From NCBI RefSeq assembly GCF_000143415.4, contig NW_003314270.1, forward strand, positions 1,853,048 to 1,917,047: a stretch of 64,000 nucleotides of DNA, written 5' to 3'. The position numbers and the translations under genes are program-made. The stretch comes from Selaginella moellendorffii (Eukaryota > Plantae > Lycopodiophyta). Shown here in pieces: positions 34,061 through 44,812 of this stretch (position 1 is its first letter; every line of letters begins with the position of its first letter). The notes below the pieces were generated by a model that saw only the letters and a program-made list of their open reading frames with translations, did no database searches and was not told where the DNA came from.

Positions 34061-36376
34061 CTACGAACGAAAGTAAGAAGGCGACCTATGGAAGTTGTAG
34101 AGAAGAACGGAGAAAGTCTCCAGCCCGTGTAAGTCAGGCCCTTCTCTCGCTACTTCTTTCCCCGATGCTGCCCAAACGAAACTCGTCCACAGTAGCGTGT
34201 CCGGCTCGTATGGCATGTGTAGAATGAGATCAATGGCGTCGTGGATGTGGCCACCCTTCCCCAAGACGTTGACCATGCAGCTGTAGTGCTCCTTCGTGGC
34301 TGTCAGACCAAAGTCAAATGCCGTTGACCTCCACCGGGCGCTTGCGCTGCCGGGGCTCCCCGGTTGACTTGTGGCGACCAGGGTGGCGGTCATCGTGATG
34401 CAGTTGGGTGGCACTGTGAGGAGCATCTCGTGAAACAGGGAGAGCGCCTCTTGGGACATTCCGTGGTTGGAGTAAGCGCCGAGCATTGAGTTCCAGGAGA
34501 TTGTGTCGAGAGAGTCCATGCTGTCAAACAGAGTCTTTGCCTGGGAGGGGTGGCCGCACTGTGAATATGCAGAGAGCATCGTGTTCCAGGACGTGAGGTC
34601 CTTGTGTGGCATTGTATGGAACATGAATTGAGCGTTTTCAAGATGCCCATTTTGGGCATATGCTGCGAGCATGGTATTCCACGTCACAACGTTGCGCTCC
34701 TTTGTTCTAAGAAACAAGCTTGCAGTGGCATCGACGTGGCCCTTTTGGGCATATGTCGTCAGCATGGTGTTCCACGTCACTAGGCTCTTTAGCTCTTCCG
34801 GGGCAGTGTCGAAGCAGTGACGGGCCTCGTCTAGCCGTCCACTCTGGGCATTTGTGGTCAGGATGGCGTTGATTGACACCGAGTCCCATTCTTGCATAGA
34901 ATAGAACACAGAGACTGCCATCTGAAGATCCCGGTTCTGGGAATATCCGCACAGGAGAGCGTTATGGGAGACAAGATTCCTCTCCTGCATTGAGTCAAAG
35001 AGTGCTTTAGCCTCTCGCATATTCCCGTCTTGGGCATATACCGAGAGCATCGTGTTGGATGAAATGAGGCTGTGCTCTTTCATCCTGTGAAACATGTCTT
35101 TGGCATTGTTGAGCTCCGCATTGTGAAGGTAACCAGAAATCATTGCATTGTAGGAAACAATGCTTCTTTCTTCCATGGAATCAAACACGAGTTTTGCCTT
35201 TAGAGTCTGCCCAGCATGGGAATATCCGGATATAAGAGTGTTGATGGACACAATGTCGTGGGATGGCATCGAAGCAAATAAGTATTCGGCCTGGTCAAGA
35301 TAGCCACCCTCGGTATATGCCACTAGCATTGTATTCCACGCATAGAGGTTCCTTTCACGCATCAAATCAAACACTTGCTTGGCTTTGTCCAGATACCCAT
35401 TGCTCGAATATGCGGTTAGCATGATGACCCATGAGACAAGGTTATGCTCTGGCATCTTCTCAAATATTCTTTCAGCATGCGTGACAGACGCAGCTCTACT
35501 GTAAGCATCTAGCATTGCAGAGCAAGAAATGACATCTCTTTCATACATTGAAGAAAAAACTCTCTCTGCGTCGGCAAGATGCCCACAATGAGAATATGCT
35601 GTTAATAAGGCATTCCATACCACCAGGTCATGCTCCGGCATTTTGTTCCAGATTCTTGCGGCATCATCGACTTTCTGGGAATATGCCACCAAAATCACAG
35701 TCCATACAGAGAGATCGCTCACAGGCAATTGGTCGAAAAGAGCTTTCAAGTTGTAAAGGTTGTCACTAGCATGTAAGGTAAGCATGAGAGTTGATGATAC
35801 AAGATCTCTCTCAGGCATCTTATCAAAAAGAGACCTCGCATCTTCAAGATTCCCGGATCGGGCATATGCCCGAAGCATCGCGGTCCAGCACCTCATGTCA
35901 CGCTCTTGCATGGAATCAAACACCAGTTTCGCCTCTTTAATATACCCTTTTTGGGCATATGCATTTAGCATGGTTGTCCAGCACACAACATTCCATTCGA
36001 ACATTCTGTCAAAGAGGTCTTTAGCCTGGAAAAGTTGGCCGTGGCTTGCAAAGGCTGCAAGCATGGCGGACCACGAATGGAGATCTCTCTCGGGCATCTC
36101 GTCGAAGATCCTCTTTGCCCGAGAGAGATGCCCGCTTCGGGCATATGTAGTAAGCATGAACGTCCATGAGAATACGTCTTTGTTGGCGATGGACGTGAAG
36201 ATGGAGAGAGCTTCATGTACTGCTCCGAGCTTCCCATACAAGTCGAGGAGCTTGTTCGACGCATAAGTGTCGAGAGTCGAAGTAGCGCTTTGGAGAAGAC
36301 GAGCGTGGGCTTGTTTTACCGCTTTGAGAGTCTTGCAGCTTCCCAGGAGCTCGTTACATGATTTACGATCGAGCAT
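34061..36376 (-). CDS. PLS-class PPR protein (S-motif-rich, truncated E domain, no DYW); probable RNA-editing factor
   Basis: 771-aa intronless ORF with about 20 repeats of about 31 aa (W..ML.AYA..G.L..A...FD.M.ER); ends EHYSCMV..MPYEPD..LW. Confidence 0.93.
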   Translation of the reverse strand: MLDRKSCNELLGSCKTLKAVKQAHARLLQSATSTLDTYASNKLLDLYGKLGAVHEALSIFTSIANKDVFSWTFMLTTYARSGHLSRAKRIFDEMPERDLHSWSAMLAAFASHGQLFQAKDLFDRMFEWNVVCWTTMLNAYAQKGYIKEAKLVFDSMQERDMRCWTAMLRAYARSGNLEDARSLFDKMPERDLVSSTLMLTLHASDNLYNLKALFDQLPVSDLSVWTVILVAYSQKVDDAARIWNKMPEHDLVVWNALLTAYSHCGHLADAERVFSSMYERDVISCSAMLDAYSRAASVTHAERIFEKMPEHNLVSWVIMLTAYSSNGYLDKAKQVFDLMRERNLYAWNTMLVAYTEGGYLDQAEYLFASMPSHDIVSINTLISGYSHAGQTLKAKLVFDSMEERSIVSYNAMISGYLHNAELNNAKDMFHRMKEHSLISSNTMLSVYAQDGNMREAKALFDSMQERNLVSHNALLCGYSQNRDLQMAVSVFYSMQEWDSVSINAILTTNAQSGRLDEARHCFDTAPEELKSLVTWNTMLTTYAQKGHVDATASLFLRTKERNVVTWNTMLAAYAQNGHLENAQFMFHTMPHKDLTSWNTMLSAYSQCGHPSQAKTLFDSMDSLDTISWNSMLGAYSNHGMSQEALSLFHEMLLTVPPNCITMTATLVATSQPGSPGSASARWRSTAFDFGLTATKEHYSCMVNVLGKGGHIHDAIDLILHMPYEPDTLLWTSFVWAASGKEVAREGPDLHGLETFSVLLYNFHRSPSYFRS

Positions 36377-36463
36377 TCGAGCGAGTCAGCTCTGTTAGAA
36401 AGACTTATAGCAGTACAGAAAAAAATAAAAACGATGAGAGAACTTAGAACCGGTCTGTCGAGA

Positions 36464-37770
36464 TCAGTGTTCCTCGTCTTCTTGAACTTGTTCGCGTTTT
36501 CGTTTTTTCTTCTTGTGCTCCTTGCGTTTGCTGCTGCTGCAAATATATATATATAAAATATCAGTGATTTTAATCATCGATGGAAGACAATTACCTCGGC
36601 TCGGCCTCGACCTTAAGCTTGCTGCTGCTGTAAAAAGAAGAGAGAAAATATAAAACTGGGAGTTTGACCATCTATCAATATGAAGGAAAACGTGGTCTAC
36701 CTTGACTCGGCCTCGGTCTTTCGCTTGCTCCTGCTAAAAAAAACCAGAAAAAAAAAAGAAAAAGAAAAAAGAGAGGAGAGATCCGCGTAAACAAACGAGA
36801 AAAAAGAAAATACGGGTTTACCTTTTCTCGCTAACAGGTGTTTGTTGTTCTTGCTGGGCCTCTTTGTCTTCCTCAAGACATGCGATCCAGTCTAAAGCAC
36901 CGGTCTCCGGAGGAACAAGGGACCCAACGATGTCAATAAATTCATCCTCTTCCTGAACACTGACCCCATTGAAGACAAAAGCATGGCAGTCAGCTTGCTT
37001 GTTCTTGAGATAAATTTTGTGCCCACCTCTTAACAAGGAAAGAGACCCTGCTCCCAACTCTAATGCAATGCCGCTCATCGCTCTCGCTTATCCAAGTTTG
37101 CTCAGTAGCCTGTTGAAGTTAAGAGACAAAGAAGTAACTTAGCACTGTCACGAAAATTGAAGTTCAGGAACAAAGCACTAACTTAGATGGGAGAGAGAAT
37201 GAAAGAGAAACTCACCACTTCATCGTAAAAGAGGTCTTGCCTGATGTCATTGATTCCTATTGCCGCGTTAAACAATCCCAAAACCAGCATTCCAATGTAA
37301 TCCTTCTCGACTTTGTTTACTTTGCCTTCTGTCCTGTCCACAGCCAAGCGCCTAAAGCTCGTTTAGAATGATCGCGGCAAAGAAAACGAGAATGGAGCAC
37401 GTACCGATGAGCATTCCCGCTTTTGGAGAGAAGAGAAGCAAATCGGCCTTTAGTCGCACAGTGAAGTAAGGAAGCAGCGGAAGGATCTTGTGGCCAAACT
37501 TTAAAATCTCTGGGCGAAAGGAGGCGAGAAGAACACCATCGAAGCTACTGTCGAATCTAAGAAAACCGAGGAAAACATGAGAAGAAGGAGCTAAAAACCA
37601 CATTACTTGAGAAGCATCGAGTTGAGAACCTCTCGCACGGAAGCCTCGAGATTGGAGGCGCATTTCGGATGGAGATACATGCGAATGCGAGCGCTGACGG
37701 ATCGAAGCCACTCCACTCCGTCTGGATCGTCCTCCTTCCCCGCGACGGCACAATGCACGGGCACAGCCAT
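36464..37770 (-). CDS. RPA43: RNA polymerase I subunit RPA43
   Basis: Spliced RMYLHPKCASNLEASVREVLNSMLLKFDSSFDGVLLA, PYFTVRLKADLLLFSPKAG, GKVNKVEKDYIGMLVLGLFNAAI; Lys-rich tail. Confidence 0.85.
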
Positions 37771-37900
37771 TCCCCACCAAAAGCCCTAGCTGGGTTTAGG
37801 GCTCCAATTTTATTAAAACTTGAGCTTCCACGTGGCTTTTAGACAGCCGTCGATACGCTATACAAGGATCGACGGCCGAGAAAGCACGACATTTGTCTGA

Positions 37901-39313
37901 ATGAATCTCAATGTCAAGGAGTTTGCTAGAGTTTTAAAAGAGTGTGGAAACCAACGAGATTTTCTCAAAGCAAAGCACCTCCACAAGGTAATTCTCAGGA
38001 ACAGTGAGTTCAACCACAACAAGTACCTTGCAAATCTTGTGATTGAAATGTATGGAAAATGTGGGAGTCTGGAGGATTGTCTTGCGGCTTTCTATGAGAT
38101 CGAAAGGCCTAATGTCTTCTCTTGGTGCATTCTTCTCTCTGCATATGCCAGGAATGGGCATCTTCAGCAAGCCAAGGCTGTTTTCGATCTAATGCCTGAA
38201 GTAAACATCGTAGCCTGGACTTCGCTTGTGAAGTCATACGCAGATAATGGTTTGCTGCACGAAGCAGAAAGAATGTTTTGCGAAATCAAGGCAGTTTGTA
38301 ACCTTGTCTGCTGGAATTGCATGCTCGCAGCATATGCCCAACACAACCTTGTCGAGAAAATGGATTCAATCTTTTCTGAAATGCCTGCCCGTGATTTGTT
38401 CTCATGGAACTCGGTACTTTGGGCAAATGCTGAGTTTTGCGGTTTCGGAAAGACCAAGACCATGTTTGATGCGATGCCCGAGTGGGATATTATTTCATAT
38501 AATGTGATGCTTTTGGCACATACCCACACTGGGCATATCAACGACGTCGAGTCCCTCTTTGCTGCTATGCCCGAGCGCGACCTCGTCGGCTATAGCCAAA
38601 CCATTGCAGCACACATCGTGCACAAAGATCTAGACCGAGCGAAGTTGCTGTTTGATCAATTGCCGGAGCGAGACGTGATTTCTTCCACAAGATTGCTGCA
38701 AGGGTACGTGGAATCACGAAACCTCGAGGCAGCGACAGATTGCTTCAATGCTATGCATCAACTTAGCGTCCCGTCTTACAACTTAATGGTCGTGGCATAT
38801 GCCCAAGAAGGACATCTCGACTGGGCGCAAAGGGTTTTCCACGAGATTCCCGAGAGGAGCATCGTGTCGTGGACGTCGCTGGTTGAGGCATATGCCCAGA
38901 ACGGGCATCTTGGCGACGCGAGAGAGATGCTCGAGAGGATGCCCGAGAGGAATGTGGTGGCCTGGACGGCCATGGTCTCCTCGTATGCACACAATGGCTA
39001 TGGACGATTGGCAATTTCAATGTTTCGGGAGATGGAGGTTAGTGGTGAGGAGGCCAACGAGGTTACCATCTTGGGTGTTCTTCTGGCGTGTAACCACAAA
39101 GGGATGCTTGTCGAGTGCTTGGGTTGCTTCAAAGGGATCAAAGAGGACTATGGTGTTACTATGGTTGTGGATCACTATCTGGCAATGGTCGTGGTTTTGG
39201 GACGGCTTGGATATGCCAAAATCGCGAGAGATTTGCTGAATTCCATGCCTTTCATCACTGACAATCCTCGAAGTTGGGAGATCTTCCTGAGGTTTTGTGA
39301 GGGATGGACTTGA
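37901..39313 (+). CDS. PLS-class PPR protein (no DYW)
   Basis: 470-aa intronless ORF; ANLVIEMYGKCG, NVFSWCILLSAYARNG, NEVTILGVLLACNHKG, DHYLAMVVVLGRLG. Confidence 0.92.
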   Translation: MNLNVKEFARVLKECGNQRDFLKAKHLHKVILRNSEFNHNKYLANLVIEMYGKCGSLEDCLAAFYEIERPNVFSWCILLSAYARNGHLQQAKAVFDLMPEVNIVAWTSLVKSYADNGLLHEAERMFCEIKAVCNLVCWNCMLAAYAQHNLVEKMDSIFSEMPARDLFSWNSVLWANAEFCGFGKTKTMFDAMPEWDIISYNVMLLAHTHTGHINDVESLFAAMPERDLVGYSQTIAAHIVHKDLDRAKLLFDQLPERDVISSTRLLQGYVESRNLEAATDCFNAMHQLSVPSYNLMVVAYAQEGHLDWAQRVFHEIPERSIVSWTSLVEAYAQNGHLGDAREMLERMPERNVVAWTAMVSSYAHNGYGRLAISMFREMEVSGEEANEVTILGVLLACNHKGMLVECLGCFKGIKEDYGVTMVVDHYLAMVVVLGRLGYAKIARDLLNSMPFITDNPRSWEIFLRFCEGWT

Positions 39314-40103
39314 GAAGCTTGAAGAAAAGTTTTGGATTTTTCAATAAATAAAAAGAGTTTAAGCGATTTAAAAGTCATGATAATTACACGTGTCCTTTAA
39401 AAGATGCATACCATAGTCATACCCATAGCCACATACCCATACCAAGAAGGAAGAACAAGGGTGAGCACATAATTATTGTCTCGCTCGAGCGCTCCTGCTT
39501 GCTCCGCCTCCGAATCCGCGCCTGGCGGGTGCTGCCAATCCCATCGCCGTGGCGCCGCTGCTCATCTCGCGAGATTCTTCCGGATTGCGCATGGGTAAGT
39601 CGTCCTCTCCCCTCTCCGTGGAGAATTCTGGCGAGAATTTCTAGGGTTTTCGTGCCTCCCCTCTATGTCCTGGAATGGATGCGTTCTGTGCCCGAGCAGC
39701 TGGAGGATTTGTTTTCTCCTGGCTGCCTCGAGGCACTGGGCATTGACTTTGTGGAATTGGGTTCTCTGGGTTAGGGTTAGTGTGTGAATTTGTGTGTGGA
39801 TGCCTTGGCTGAGGGTCTAGTTTTGTTTCTTCCCTCTTTAGTTTTTTTTTCTGTGGAGATCGGCTGTACAGATTTAATTTTTTCTGGATGGATGGCAGGA
39901 AATAGCGATTTTGGCAGCAGTTTTTAAGTGTTGTAAGATTTTTTTCCGTAGGAAGCTTAGCTTAGGCTATGGCTGCACTCTCATAGCTAGAGCTTGCTAG
40001 AAAAAAAAAAAAAAAACAAAAAAAAAAAACAAATTGAGCTTTCTCTCTCTCTCTCTCTCTGACACTCTTCTCATGTTTTAGGTGGAGGAATATTTTTGGG
40101 AGA

Positions 40104-41901
40104 ATGTCACTTGTAACAAATCGGAGCAGTGGTTCTGTTGTTGCTCTAGACGAGCCTCCCGACAACGGATTGTCGAAGAAGCTTGCTCGGCTGAGCTTGA
40201 ATCCTGATGCTCAGGAGTTTGTACCATCGTCCTCAAGAACATCAGTGAGTGCTGGAAACTCGGGCTCTAATGGTGCTGCTTCCGAGGCTAGAAGTAAAGC
40301 TAACGTTGACAGCTCCAGCAATCCCAACGCTTCCGATGACGAGTTTAGACAGTTTTGGCGATCGCAGCTCCCGGACGATCTCATTACCGACTCAGACTTT
40401 TCCTCGGAGATTTACTCGCCAACCAACCAATATGACCAGCAGCAGGCGCGCGACTTTGACGTAAATTTTGGTGGAAGAACTGGTGGCCCGCGAAGGAGCG
40501 AAAGAACAAATGGTTAGTACGCTCTTGAGTGTTATTATCCTTCTTATCAATCTGATGTTGTTTGAGGTTCATATTCGCAAGACGAGAAGAGTGCTCACTC
40601 CTGGCCGGCTAATGGGAGTACTGATGGTGTGGAGTTGGAACAGTCCCCAGATGAGATTCACCCGCTTACTTTACTCGCGACCGAGTTTCCAAATTTTGGT
40701 GTCCAGAGCTTGTCCGACATTTATTCCGCTACCGGGTGTGACTTGAGCCTGACGATAGAGATGCTAACGCAACTCGAAGTAAGCTCCTTTTCTTTTTCGT
40801 TTCTGGTAGAATGTGACTCTTGCTTTTCATGTCAGCTTCAAGAGGAAGGTGCACCATCTCGACGTACTTCACGTCCAGCTGCTGTACCCTCCTTGACCCC
40901 CACAGATTTTCCATCTCTACCGGGTGTAGAAATTATCAACGGACTGTCGGGTCATCAAGAAACGCGTCCCATGAGTTCTCAAAGACCGATGGAGCTGGCT
41001 ACTTCACTTCGCCGGTTTGGCCCTGGGGAACAAGGCATAGATTTTGCAGCGGTTGTGAGAAAACAGGCACAGCAGGCTGTTCATCAGCAACCTTCACATT
41101 GGCCATTCGAGAGAAGTGCTGGAGATATCACCATCGGGCCGGGGCGGTCTTCGGCGGCGCAGAGCCTCGGTGTCTATGGCTTTAACAGTCGTCCTCCGCA
41201 GCAACCCTGGCTTGAAACAGGAGAAGCTGTGGGTAAGTCCGTGACAAATCTCGGCCCTACTCTACCGTTTTCCATTGGATTGCAGCGAGCATGTACAGTG
41301 ATATGAGGGAGGAAGCTCGGGACCATGCGCGTGTTCGAAATGCCTACTTTGAACAGGTACTTCGTTTTTCGAAGTTGGCTTGCTTAGTAGTTTCTCTCTC
41401 TCGTTTTTGTTTCCAGGCTCGACAAGCTTACCTTGTCGGCAACAAAGCACTGGCTAAGGAGCTGAGTGCCAAAGGCCAGTGGCACAACGAGCAAATGAAA
41501 AACGCTCATGGAAAAGCCGCCGAGGCCATCTTCCACCAGAGGTTCGTCTCTTTTTTTTTCTCTCTCTCTCTCTCTTCAACTAAAAGTCCAAATGTTTCAA
41601 CTCCAGGAATGCGTCGCTGCTTCATCTGGCTCGCGATGGCAACAGGATGATCGACTTGCACGGGCTTCACGTCGGCGAGGCGATCCCTCTGCTGCGGCGA
41701 GAGCTCTCGGCGCTGAGAATAGCGAGCCGAGTGACCTCCAAGCGGCAGTGTGTCTACGTTTGCGTGGGGACGGGCCACCACACCAAAGGCTCGCGGACTC
41801 CAGCTCGCGTGCCCATCGCCATTGAGCGGTATCTCGCCGAGGACGAGCGGCTCCAGTTCTCGGAGGTCCAGCCGGGGATGCTGCGCGTGTTTGTCCAGTG
41901 A
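40104..41901 (+). CDS. CID7: PAM2 + CUE + DUF1771 + Smr domain protein (CID7-like)
   Basis: SLNPDAQEFVP (PAM2), WRSQLPDDL, PWLETGEAV, MREEARDHARVRNAYFEQARQAYL, IDLHGLHVGEA, VGTGHHTKG. Confidence 0.88.
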
Positions 41902-42296
41902 AGCGGCGAGCGAACAAACACGCGCGAGCAAAAGGCATCGCCAACTTTGTGAATTAACAACCTGTTTTGTTTTGTACACTTTGCAGCAGCACCAAGCAAG
42001 CAAGCAAGAAGGAGAAGTCACAGTTTCAACAAAGAACAAGAGAGAGAAGAGATTGAAAAGCCGAGAAAACATCATGGTCGTTTGTCATTGGAAGAATTTT
42101 TTGTATCGCTTTGGTAGCGTTAGCTATTTAATCTGTATATTATGTAAAAACACAAAAGCCTGGTGCTCTGAGAAGTTGGCCACCTTTTTCCATTGTAGAG
42201 AAAATGAGAACGAACTTTGCTTCGATCAAACGAAACAAAAATAATTTTTCTTGGAAAACAAAAAGCCACATGGAATCGAGCGAATCGATCACAGTG

Positions 42297-44210
42297 TCAG
42301 TGGTACTTCATGCTCGTCACGTCGAAGCCGGGCATGTCAAAAGAGGTGGCGAATTTTTCCACCTCGGCCTTGAGATTTGCGAGCTCCTTGTTGTCCACCA
42401 GTCCCTTGTTGAAGTCACGCAGCATCTTACCGTGTTGTTTCTGGATGGCGAGCGTGATGTCAATCGCCCGTCCCAGGAACTCGGCGATTTGCTCGAAGTC
42501 TTTCTCCTTGAGACCTCTTGCGGTCATGGCCGGCGCTCCTGTCCATTGCAAATAAGTTGGTTTCTCGCCAAATCTAAAGAAACATGATTTATCTCACCAA
42601 CACGGACGCCTCCAGGCGCAAGAGCACTGCTATCTCCAAACACCGCGTTCTTGTTAAGTGTTATGTGAGCGAGCTCGCACACCTTCTCGACCTTGTTTCC
42701 TGTCGAAGTAAAAACGATGGTTTGTTTTCGTTCTTCCAGCTGCGAGAGGAATTTACGTACCAGTTAGAGCGAGCGGACGCAAGTCCCAGAGGATGAGATG
42801 GTTCTCGGTGCCGTCAGTTACTATCTTGTATCCCTTCTTCATGAGCGCGTCCCCGAGAGCCGCTGCATTGGCCCGGATTTGCTTCGCGTACACCTTAAAC
42901 TCGGGTGTATTGACTTGCTTCAGTGCCACGGCCAGAGCAGCGATCTGATGGTTGTGCGGTCCTCCCTGGAGCGATGGAAACACAGCAAAGTTGACCTTGT
43001 CCTCGAAGTCGTAGTTTTCTTCCGTTGTCTGGCCCTTCTTGGGAGGCTTGGGGCCCTTTCGGTAAAAGATCATGCCGGCTCTTGGTCCTCTCAGGCTCTT
43101 GTGCGTGGTCGTCGTCACAATGTCGCAGTGCTCGAACGGACTCTTTGCCTCCTGGAATGTTTGGAATTTATGAGAAACAATCACAAAAGCCAAAATTCTT
43201 GAAGAGGACCACCACAAAAAAAAACATAGGACACGCACAAAGTTCCAGAAATATCAGCACGACCACCACCATGAAATCTCAGCGCAAACAATCCAAATTC
43301 ACCCATCTCGAGAACTTGAGAACTTCCAACAGGAAATCATTCAATCCAAATGCAGAACAAAAGAGTTCCAGAAATCTCAGCACGAGCAGCAAAGAAAGTC
43401 GCTTGTGAAATCTCAACTCAAACAATCCAAATTCGCACGCAGACATCTCGTAAACTTGAAAGCTTCCCACAAGAAACCATCCAATCCAAATGCAGACATA
43501 AACCAGATTTAAAAATCCAAATGCTCACTCACCTCGGCAGCCACGAGCCCGCTAATGTGAGCCATGTCACAGAGAAGTAGAGCTCCACATTTGTCCGCAA
43601 TAGCGCGAAGCCTGGCATAGTCCCAGTCCCTTGGATACGCGCTACCGCCGCAGATGATAAGCTTGGGCCGGAAATCCATAGCTTTCTCCTCGAGCCGGTC
43701 GTAGTCAATGTAGCCGGTCTTGGGATCCACTTTGTATGGCAAGCTCTCGAAGTAGATCGATGTGGCCGAGATCTTCTTACCCCCAGATGTGTAGTAGCCG
43801 TGGGTGAGATGGCCACCGGATGGGAGATCCAAGCCCATAATCCGGCTATGCGGCTCAAGAACAGCAGTGTAGGCGGCGAAATTCGCCGGGCTTCCAGAGT
43901 AGGGCTGGACATTCACACCCCACCTCTCCGGATCGAGGCGATAAGCCTGCAGCGCCCTGGATCGGCACAGATTCTCGATCTGGTCGATGAACTCGTTGCC
44001 GCCGTAGTAGCGATTGCCGGGTATACCTTCCGAGTACTTGTTGGTGAGCGCGCTGCCCAGCGCCTCGATCACCGCCTGCGACGTGAAGTTCTCCGACGCG
44101 ATGAGCTCGATCCCCTTCCACTGCCGCGCCTTCTCATGCTCGATCAGGTCGAAAATCTCCTCGTCCACAGCGCTCAGCGGCTGATTCCCCCACTCCTTGA
44201 CGGATGCCAT
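42297..44210 (-). CDS. SHM: Serine hydroxymethyltransferase, cytosolic (SHM4-like)
   Basis: [50 protein letters not shown]; no transit peptide from ATG 44210. Confidence 0.96.
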
Positions 44211-44812
44211 GGCCGACGAGAGAGGCGAGCGAAATCTAGCTCGCTGGAGAGCTGGGATCTGGAAAATCTGCCCCCGCAAAACCCTGGCGCCCTTCTTGCT
44301 CTTCGCGCGGCTGTGACAATGAGAACAAACTGGGAAATGCGCTACATACAAAAGCTCATGAACTTTCAACTGCATTGGATGCTTGGGTTGGCGTCCGGAA
44401 GCATCCCGGCCCTTGGCTCCTGCCAAAGCAACAGTGGCCGTCGATCGACATCCGCTGTGTGGACCATAGAACCCAGAATGGTAGCTAGCTTGAGAGTAGT
44501 CGCTGGAAAATCACCAAACCTTCGTCCACAGTAACTTACATGAAATTCGAGTTTTTAATGCTGGATCCAGTCTAGCTTGCGCTGAAAATCTTGTACAACA
44601 ACGTGCACTGAACACAATCTTAGAAAACTCGATGCGACAAAAGTTTACCCCAGCGATCTGTCATTCCAGTCGAAATGCATCAGCTACTTCCTGTATGGTA
44701 GAACGAACTAAACGAAAGCGATGTCTGATCGAGACGCAAGAATCTCTGAAGGAACCGTAGCTACCTCAAACTCCCGGGAAAATGGAGAAAACTTTTGACA
44801 AAACTTTTGCTG

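Larger units (their letters stand above)
31629..34900. repeat. Tandem duplicate of about 26577-29900
   Basis: Direct colinear match: RRM 3' half, spacer, peptide gene, PPR 3' end. Confidence 0.85.

Noticed and set aside
44211-44426. Possible transit-peptide extension of SHMT
   Set aside because: The ORF call begins at a non-ATG codon and the protein is SHM4-like from ATG 44210; treated as leader or promoter sequence
43800-44534. 244-aa ORF
   Set aside because: Antisense to SHMT exon 1
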